A stretch of 64,000 nt of DNA, taken from NCBI RefSeq assembly GCF_009914755.1, contig NC_060936.1, one strand, 5' to 3'. The notes under the pieces are model-generated. The model saw nothing but the letters and a program-made list of their open reading frames with translations, searched no databases and was not told the origin of the DNA. Source of the stretch: the human T2T-CHM13v2.0 reference genome, Homo sapiens. The position numbers were made by a program, and so were the translations under genes. How positions within the stretch are numbered: position 1 is the first letter of the stretch; each line of letters starts with the position of its first letter. Below, in pieces: positions 55,093-64,000 of the stretch.

Positions 55093-55848
55093 CAACTACT
55101 TCCTTTTACAAATGCAAGAATACAACATATAACTGAGTATGGGGAAATGTAGGTTTCCAAGAAAAACTCTTGTAATATATAGCTTGTACTAAAAAAAAAA
55201 GCCAAGAATTAAACAAAAAATGTATAATCATCATCGTTTTCATCACTACTGTTATAAATGAATGAAAATGGGGCTCTTGAGTACTTTGCTTTTAAAACTG
55301 TAAACTTCTCTATACATAGATGGTACCCCTATTTCCTGGAATTGGTTCTGAGGTTAGAAATGGATTCATCTTCAGTTAGATAGGGAGGGAAAGAGAAACT
55401 AACATTAGCTGAGGGCTTACTATTAGTTGGAACTTTGACAGACATTTTACACATACTATCATTTAATTTTCTCGGTAGCCTTGTAGGAGAGTATTGTTAT
55501 CACTACTTTTGGGAATAAAGGATGGCATAGGGAGATTAAATATCCTGCCAAAAATTATAAATGTTTTTGTTGGGGTAGGAAATCAAATCTAATTCCAGTA
55601 TCTTGCTTTAGCTACATAACTTGTTGCTTTAATGAGTGGTTCACTTATTTGCATATCTACTCTGTGCTAGGTACTTTATATAATAAAAAAGGAAACATAA
55701 TTTAAGTAGGAAACATTATTAGATGTTAAAATTTTAAATATAAAATGATGACCTGACTAAATGGCATTCTTTAAGTGTATCTATATTATCTTATATTTGT
55801 ATCAACACACTGCATAAAAGAAATATGCATACAATTTATTATTATAGT

Positions 55849-56310
55849 GCAGCACTATTCACAATAACAAAGACATGGAAACAACCTAGATGCCCATCAA
55901 CAGTGGATTGGATAAAGAAAATGTGGTACACATACACCATGGAACACCATGAAGTCATAAAAAAGAACAAAATCATGTCCTTTGCAGCAACATGGATGCA
56001 GCTGGAGGCCATTATTCTAAGCAAATTAACACAGGAACAGAAAACCAAATATTGCATGTTCTCACTTATAAGTGAGAGCTAAATTCTGGATACACATAGA
56101 CATAAAGATGAAAACAATAGTAACTGGGACTCCAAAAAAAGGGAGGGAGGGAAAGGGAGAAGGGCTGAAAATCTTCCTATTGGGTACTATGTTCACTCTC
56201 TGGGTGTCATGCCGTCAGAAGAAGCCCAAACGGCAGCATCACACAATATACCCTTGTAACAAACCTGCACAGGTACCCCCTGAATCTAAAGTAAAAATAA
56301 AAAATTTAAA
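55849..56310 (+). mobile_element. 5'-truncated L1P (L1PB/old L1PA) 3' end
   Basis: ORF2 C-terminus (AALFTITKTWKQPRCPS..WIKKMW..CMFSLIS); TSD-like TTATTATTA(T/C)AGT on both sides. Confidence 0.9.
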
Positions 56311-56311
56311 C

Positions 56312-56420
56312 TTATTATTACAGTATTTTATTGTGTGCTAATAATTTTCTATTGATGTATGATTATTATTACAGTATTATATTTTATTGTCTGCTAATAA
56401 TTTTCTATTGATGTATGATT
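56312..56420. repeat. About 51-bp tandem duplication (2 copies)
   Basis: ttattattacagtatt..tgctaataattttctattgatgtatga twice; 5-bp indel and 1 substitution. Confidence 0.92.
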
Positions 56421-57912
56421 GTTTTTTCCTACTACTTTTGTGATTTAGGATGTAGACATATTTTTATCACTAATATTTGTTTACACTGCAAAATAATTTG
56501 ATATAAACTTGACTTTAGCATTTTAATCTCAGCCAAGATAACACTGTCATTAGAGAAATGACTATAATTTAATTTATAATTATAAATTGATTTATTCATA
56601 ATTGATTCTTGCCTATCCATATATCTGTTGCAAGGCATTCTCAGAATTGTATAATGTTGCTATTATGTACAAGCTGTCAAGCTTTTAGAACTAAGAAGAG
56701 TTTAGTGTAGGTTAAAACTAAAAACAATCATAATGCTTAAATTCTTGATCATTTAATAATCATCATTTTATGTAATATTTCAAGTTTATCTCATATTACA
56801 GTCTAAAACCATAAAGAACATCTTTGTGTATTCATTCCAGGCTTTTTGGATGCTTTCACCCAATAGTGTGGCTTTTCTAAGCTATATTTCCTAAATTATA
56901 TTTTGTGCAACAGAGGGTGGTGGGTGGGGCATTCAGCCTGCAGACATTTTCAACAGAAAATCCATCATTTGCAACATCAGCTGTCAGCACAGGTGCCCTG
57001 AATCCAGCGGTCCACCCAGTTCTGTGAACGGAAAAACTGACACAGGACTATGAAGCAGTTGTCTGATATCATCTGGGCAGGAAATGGAGAAGGCTGAACT
57101 TTGAACTAATGCTAATAATTTCCAAATCCTTCTAAAATTAGATGATGGTTTGGGTATATATAATTGTGATGGAGGTATATTCCCTTATTACTTATGTTTG
57201 GTATATTTTAGATAAAAATTTAACAGAGAGAGAGAGAGGGAGAGAGAAAACACAAATTCTAACACGCAGCACTTTCATCCCCTTTGGCCAAGTATAGTCA
57301 TAAAATAACCTTCAATGGTGACTCTACCTTAGGTAAATAAATTTAACTATATAGAGCAGTTAAAAATATGTTATAGTTTAACAATGTATTTCCAATTCCA
57401 CCAGAAGGGGAAGGCCAAAGATAGTATTAACAGTAATTGTTTAATTACTTTATTACATCACCATTACTATGAATATAAAGAATTTGGTGTCTTATGAATG
57501 AATTAATGAACTAAATTATGAAGATTGCTATTTCAATGTCAAAAGTTAAAAAGACTTTGTGGCTCCATCTTTCCTGAGCTTTGTCGTGAGATGTTTACTG
57601 ATTTTGCCAAAACTCCAACTATATCTGTTTGTTTAGTCATAGAAAATATTACTTCCTCTCCATTTTTTTTTTTTTTGCCTAATTTCTCTGGACAGAATTA
57701 ATTACTCAGTCCTCTCTGAACTCCTACACTGCTTGGGCAGTATCTTTATTCTGGCCTATGCACTGAGCATAATTACCATTTATATGACTCTCGTTTCTAG
57801 TCTGTGACCTCCTTGATTTTATAGACTGTTTCTTATTTCTTACTGGTCCCTGGCATTCAGGTCATTGCTTGACGTTAATAAATTCCATGAAGCTCAATCT
57901 AGTTTCACATAT

Positions 57913-58072
57913 AGTAGTGGTTCTCAAAGTGGATCCTGGTTTCATCTGGATTGGAATCACCTAGGTGTTTGCTAAAAGTAGTTTTCTGTGCTCAACAGCA
58001 GATCTACTTAAACAAAATCCCTGGGGTTGGGCACAGGACTAACAAGGACTCCAGGTCATTGTCATGCACAGC
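57913..58072. mobile_element. MER5-like hAT-Charlie element
   Basis: agtggttctcaaagtg..ggaatcacctagg..aaatccctggggttggg. Confidence 0.55.
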
Positions 58073-58084
58073 AACATTTTTTTG

Positions 58085-59340
58085 GTAATAGTTTTATTGA
58101 GAAATAATTCACATTCCATACAATCCCCCCATTTCATGTGCCATCACAGCATTTTTTTTTAAATTTTCACAGAGCTGTGCAACAATCACTGTAAATCAAT
58201 TTTATAACATTCAATTAGCCCCAAAATAAATACAGGTCCTTTAGCAGTCATTCTCCATATCCCCTAATGCTAAGCAACCACTAAGATATTTTCTGTCTGT
58301 ATAGATTTAGCTATCTGGACATTTCATATAAATGGACTACAAAATATGAGGTCTTTTGTGCCTGGCTTCTTTCACTTAGCATGATGTTTTCAAGGTTCAT
58401 TCAAGGTTCATCAGTGCCTTGTTCCTTTTTATTGATTCTATTGTGTGACTATACTACATTTTATCTATCCATTTCTCAGCTGATGGTTGCCACTCTTTGG
58501 CTATTATGAATAATGCTGTTATAAATATTTTTGTATCATTTTTGTGTGAACACATTTCATTTCTTTTAGGTAATATTTACCTAGAAGTAGAGTGTCCAGG
58601 TCATATAGCAACTCAGTTTTATCTTTTAAGGAACTGCCAAACTGTTTTCCTAAGTAGCTGTAGCTGTACTTAAAACTGTAGTGTTAAGTTTCCAATTCTC
58701 TACATCCTTGCCAGCATTTTTTATTGTCTATTTTTAAAATTATAGTTATCCTCATGGATATAAAGTACTATCTTGCTGTAGTTTTGATTTCACTGATGGC
58801 TAGTGATGTTAAACATCTTTTAATATGCTTGTTGGTCATTTGTACATCTTCTAGGGAGAAATATCCATTGAAATCTTTTGTCCATTTTTTGGGTTGTTTG
58901 TGTTTCTATTATTGAGTTGTAAGATTTGCGTATTGTAGCTACATGTCCCTTATTAGATACATGATTTGCAAATATTTATTTTCTTCCATTCTATGAGTTG
59001 TCTTTTCACTTCCTTGAAGGTATCCTTTGAAGCACAAAATTTTTAGTATTAATGAAGTTCAATTTTTTTTTGCTGCTGTTTGTGCTTTTGTTGGCTTATC
59101 TAAGAAACCACTGACTAATTCAAGGTCATAAAGATTTACAGCTGTTTTCGTTTATGAGTTTTGTAGTTCTAGCTCTTATGTGTAGGTCTCTGGTCCATTT
59201 TGAGTCAATTTTTGTCTTCAACTTCATTTTTTTGCATGTGGATATCTGGTTGTTTCTGCTCCATTTGTTGAAAAGACTCTCTTTTTCCCATTGAATTGTT
59301 TGACCCTTGACAAAAATCAGGTAGCCATAATGTGTGGCAC
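58085..59340 (-). mobile_element. L1M (L1MB-like) 3' region
   Basis: ctggacatttcatataaatgga..tggcttctttcacttagcatgatgttttcaaggttcat..ccatttgttgaaaagact. Confidence 0.85.
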
Positions 59341-59558
59341 AACAAAATTTTAGAATATGTGTCTATTGGAATTGTGACCTGGACATTATAATAAGAGTAA
59401 AAAGGTAAAATCATTAACTTCAGATAGTTTTAATGATTATTAGTCTTGACATGTGTTTGTAATTCCAAATTTGATATGAAGTGGGTGTTGTAAGAATTGG
59501 AAATGCTGAGGTAAGGGTTAATGGGAAGACTTGTCTTGTGCTTTACAATGTAAATTAT

Positions 59559-59718
59559 TATTATTATTTATACTTTAAGTTCTGGGATACATGTGCAGAA
59601 TGTGCAGGTTTGTTACATAGGTATACATGTGCCATTGTGGTTTGCTTTTGCTGCATCCATCAACCCATCATCTACATTAGGTATTTCTCCTAATGGCTAT
59701 CCCTCCCCTTGCCCCCCA
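59559..59718 (-). mobile_element. 160-bp 5'-truncated L1PA 3' end with 15-bp TSD
   Basis: tatactttaagttctgggatacatgtgcagaatgtgcaggtttgttacatagg; TSD TACAATG(T/C)AAATTAT at 59544-59558 and 59719-59733. Confidence 0.92.
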
Positions 59719-59750
59719 TACAATGCAAATTATAAAATCAAGAAGCTTAC

Positions 59751-59835
59751 TTGGTAAAATGGTCTTATAGCGATTTTTAGTTCCATGACGCGGAATATCA
59801 ATTTCTTTGGGATCCACAAAGTTCATTGGTATTTC
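59751..59835 (-). CDS. PTPRR: PTPRR coding exon with pTyr-recognition loop KNRY
   Basis: 85 nt; tttttgcAG|GAA ... CCA A|GTaagc; EIPMNFVDPKEIDIPRHGTKNRYKTILP; phase consistent with neighbours. Confidence 0.97.
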
Positions 59836-60944
59836 CTGCAAAAATAAATAATATCAAATTAGTGTATCTAATACTGCCACAAAGAAAATCTTCACAGGGG
59901 GGCATCTGATCCAGAGTTCTATTGGACTTCAAAGCCACTTAAAAACAACAGATCTAGCACCTCTGGTGGACCAACACCCTTCCTTTCCTAAACATATCAG
60001 CTGCATCCGGACAAGCTGACTTCTAAGAAACAGCTCTGTGTGTTAGAAAATATTGCTTAATATGTAGTCAGTAAGGAGACATATAACACTGGTTAGATTT
60101 TAAGAATCCTGCTGTGACATAATTGCTAGAAAGATTAGACAGATGCTAAAAAGTGAATTTTTTTAAAAAACAATGTATTCAAATATATTCCAGTTTTTAC
60201 ATAACTTTAGTACCAAAAATTTTACTATAATAGATTATCTTTTCACACTAATAGTGACTCTTTTAGGATTATTAAAACCTCTTTCCCAAAATGGTAAATA
60301 TAAAGGGCTTTTTTGTTAATTCAAGTGATGACATGACTTTTTTTTGAATTAAGAAATGGTTTATAACTGGACTGTTCCATTTTAAGTTATAAATGCACTG
60401 TTTTTAGTGAAGGGCATTCAAACACTGTTTCTCCCACTTAAGAACATTACTATTCTTATTTTATCAGAGTATACATTATATGCCTCAAGTGATTGGACAG
60501 GGAACAATAGGAAAAGAGTGGCTGTATGTAAGTGCATTAGATCTAAAAAGGTGTGTATCTGTAGCTAACCAGGACAAATAAAGCAACAAGCCAAAGTTTT
60601 CAAAAGGGTCCAAACAAACATTTGTTTAAAGATTTGATTATACAAAATAGTATGTTCTCTAACTTTGATAAGATTAACATGAACAAAATAACTTTTATGT
60701 TATTTAATGACTGATAAACATTAAATATTTGATCAAATAAGATATTTTTACTACTTAAACTTTCTCCAGTAGAAAATTTAACTTAACAGTCTAATATTGA
60801 TTGAAATAGAAGAAATCATCTTTAAATTCATTCAAATTATCCTAGTTTTCAGTCATTCTGAAAATTTGAGAAAAGCTGGACTATACTATGAATTTGAGGC
60901 TTGTTCTACAGAGAGAAACAGCTATTCGTTTATTAATTAATTTA

Positions 60945-61097
60945 TTTTTAGAGATGGGATCTCACTCTGTCACCTAGGTCAGTGTGCAGTGGCACAATCA
61001 TAGCTCACTGTAACCTCAAACTCCTGGGCTCAAGGCATCCTCCCATCTCAGCTTCCTGAGTAGCTGGGATTACAAGCATGAGCCACAACACCTGGCC
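60945..61097 (-). mobile_element. Alu monomer (FAM/FRAM-like)
   Basis: Single-arm reverse element ending cacctggcc. Confidence 0.8.
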
Positions 61098-61849
61098 CCA
61101 AGTTACTTATTTTTAAAATAATTTTTCCTTTACCTGCATTATGCTAGCTATCCATGATATTTATCCCTATTCTCTGCTCCAACTAAATGTTTTAACCTGT
61201 TTGTTCCAAGTTATAAAAATAAGCAAAATTGTTGAATATTCAATGGAAAACACATGTTCATGTTTGGTAATTTCAAGCACGTCAGTGTCTTTGGGCAAAG
61301 CCACAAAGGTAATATCTTTATTCCTCCCCTTCTTCCTTCTCACCTTCTGTTTTCTGACACACACTGACAGTCTGTCATCTTCCAGCATTCTCTTTCTCCT
61401 GTGTACTCCTTCTGGCCTTCAATTTCCTTTCAGGAAAGTGGGCTATGGTAAGGTCTTATTTCATAAACAAAGAGCTGTCTGCAGTTCTAGAAAAAAAAAG
61501 CTCTAGGTGTGCCTTTGGCTAGCTGTGTGACCACTGACTTGTTCTTTCATTCCTACAGGTCTCATTTTCTTCACATGTAAAATATGATACACCACAGAGT
61601 CTGATTTTCATGTTTGTATTTTACTTTGGACACTTAATAATAGTTGATGGGGCTAATAGTAGATCCAACCCATTGCTGAATCTGTCACCATTAGGATGGC
61701 TGCAAATGCCTGAACTAATAATCAATTTATTGTACTCAACCAATACGGCTTAAGATGCAAGAGGTGATCAACAAAGTCAATATTCTCCTTGGGCAACAAT
61801 TAGACCTAAGAAGGTTTAATCTTACTTCATGTTCTCTGAGTTGATGTAT

Positions 61850-62460
61850 GTTATCATGCTTTAAGCTTTCACTAGCAACACTGGTATGTCTAAAACTGAA
61901 TTCATCATTCTTTTTAGCCCACACTTGGTCTTCCTCCTGTGTTCCTTATTTCGTTAAAGGGCACCATATGCACCCTGTTGGCCAAACCAAAAACACGAAT
62001 ATCAATCCCTGACTTTTCCATTACTTTTGGCTGCCTCATTCAATTAATCCCACTTCTTGTAGATTCCTACAGATTCTTTCCATTTTCCCTTCTACTATAT
62101 TAGTTTAGGCCACCAACGCAGTTCCACAGGATTAACACTAGAGCCTCTAAACTGCTCCCTTTTAGTGCCTACTCCACTGCAAATAGAATGATCTATCCAA
62201 AACATAAGATAAAGTCCAAGCTCCTAAACATATATTAAGGCTAGGGTTTCTTTTATACTTCTGAGGCTCAACTTTTGCCACTTCCCACCTTGATTTCAAT
62301 GTTCCAGTTAAACTGAACAGTTTAATTCCCCAGACAGTGACAGCAAGGCTATTCTTTGTCCTGGAATGCCCCTTCTCTGCCCAGCTCCCTATACCACTTA
62401 TTTGCCTCGCCAATTCTTGCATATTCTGCCTTAATTTAGCTCTACATTCCAATTTTAATA
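61850..62460 (+). mobile_element. L2 remnant
   Basis: tatgtctaaaactgaattcatc..ggcaccatatgcaccctgtt..cctggaatgcccctt. Confidence 0.65.
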
Positions 62461-62622
62461 CTTATCAATAGTGGATGAGACTGAGTGAATCTAAAACCAT
62501 TTCACTTTGCCATTTGTTTACTGTAGACTGCTTAAGTATAGGACAGTATCATTTCCATACGTCTCTAGTGCCCCATGTATCAAAATACCGACTGAAGAGT
62601 GAACAATAAATAGAAGGCTCAC

Positions 62623-62809
62623 CATGAATTCACTTTGGAGTAAATGTGAACTTGCCACGACGTCCCTCAGCTGAGACCTTGTGAGAATTCGGCTGGCTGA
62701 CTGCAGATACTCCATTGCTACCTTCTCCCGTGGTGTTGGTATAGACACAAAGGGTTCAATGTTCCCCAAGCTACTCATGTCCAATGTAAGAGATACGTTG
62801 GACCCTCTT
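62623..62809 (-). CDS. PTPRR: PTPRR coding exon (probably exon 7 of the long isoform): C-terminal half of the kinase-interaction motif with the PKA site, plus linker
   Basis: 187 nt; acceptor ...ctccaatgtAG|A, donor ATG|GTgagc; translates (R)RGSNVSLTLDMSSLGNIEPF...LLQSEFM, matching recalled PTPRR protein. Confidence 0.97.
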
Positions 62810-63176
62810 CTACATTGGAGAAGAATGTTATGTTTAAACACCACATACTTATTTTGATTGCAAAAACTTGTCTTTCTGTACATGCACACAATTCAGTGAG
62901 AACTTTTACAGAAATAACAACCAACTATATTTTCTCTTTTAGTATCATGGTTGGCCATAGCAACTACCCATAGTTCCTTTACAGGAAAATAACAATTTTG
63001 TTGTTGGAAAGAACTCTAAATTGAGAAAATATGCTATAATTTATGAATGCATATACTTATTACAGAAATCATAGGTTGGCTAATAATATTAAGTGAAAAA
63101 TTAAGTAAAAAAAAATTAGGAAAAGCTATATCTATATCTATATCTTCTGAGTGAATACCTAAAAAATGGCTTCTGG

Positions 63177-63480
63177 GGCCAGATGAGGTAGTTCATGACT
63201 GCAATCCCAGCACTTTGGGAGGCTGAGGTGGGTGGATTGCCTGAGTTCAGGAGTTCAAGACCAACCTGGGCAACATGGTAAAACCCTGTCTCTACAAAAC
63301 ATACAAAAAGTAGCTGGATGTGGTGACCCACACTTGTAGTCTCAGCTACTAGGGAGGCTGAGGTGAGAGAATCATTTGAGCCCGGGGGGTTGAGGCTGCA
63401 GTGAGCCGTGATGGTGCCACTGTACTCCAGCCTGGGCAGCAGAGAGAGACCTTGGCTCTAAAATAAATAAATAAAACAAT
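63177..63480 (+). mobile_element. Alu (J-like)
   Basis: Full dimer with A-rich tail; atggcttctg on both flanks. Confidence 0.9.
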
Positions 63481-64000
63481 AGATAAAAATAAAAAAAGAT
63501 GGCTTCTGTATCCTCTATTTATGTGTATATGTATGCACGCGTATGTGAATTGACACACGAATTCATTTAATTTTGTGGTAAACTTATAAGGGGCCATAGA
63601 AATCACAGACCCTTAAAATGAGTTACAATTTATCTTCCTCTCATAATTCCCCTTTTCCCGCTGGGGGGCAAGGGGATGCTCTTACAACTTACACAGACCC
63701 TGAGTCCTGAGTAGGAAGTGAGGATGCCTTTTACAAGTAATATTAGCTGTGTGGACCAAGGGGTAACTATGAAATAGCATGTGAGAGACTGAGGATTGAA
63801 GTCAGAGATGGTGTTTACAAAAACTGTTACATTTAAAGGGGCCGTAGGTGTGTGTCAGATCAAATATAGTGCCAAGCAGTTGGCGGCTCAAGGAAGTAGA
63901 GAGCAGGGAAAAACAGGCCAAAATATGTGAGAGTAAAGACAGTAAGAGTAGATGCTAGGCCCAGCAAATTATTCCCTCTGGTATTTTAATACTTACTCTG

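Noticed and set aside
62518-62889. 123-aa stand-alone ORF
   Set aside because: It is the PTPRR exon read through into flanking intron; the canonical splice sites bound the homologous part

Overview
Mammalian (human-like, Alu/L1-rich) genomic DNA containing the 3' part of the receptor tyrosine phosphatase gene PTPRR on the minus strand. Eight coding exons lie between 62809 and 588, all with canonical AG/GT borders. They total 967 nt (1 nt completing an upstream codon, 321 codons and TGA) and encode the KIM tail (RGSNVSLTLDM) and the complete PTP domain (KNRY, WPD, VHCSAGIGR, Q-loop). The 3' UTR runs off the left edge. The largest intron holds a full-length, TSD-flanked FAHD2 processed pseudogene on the + strand whose only disabling lesion is a 1-nt deletion. 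The rest is intronic: about 20 Alus (including a consensus-perfect AluY), L1, L2, L3 and MIR remnants, MaLR LTRs, DNA-transposon MITEs and several local tandem duplications. I found no new gene system. The best leads are splicing-level hypotheses at the KIM exon acceptor: a TAGAAG tandem acceptor that would delete one Arg of the RRGS PKA site, embedded in two mutually exclusive hairpins. An L1-donated G-run next to a donor site is a further lead. Repeat subfamily names and boundaries were called by eye and are approximate.
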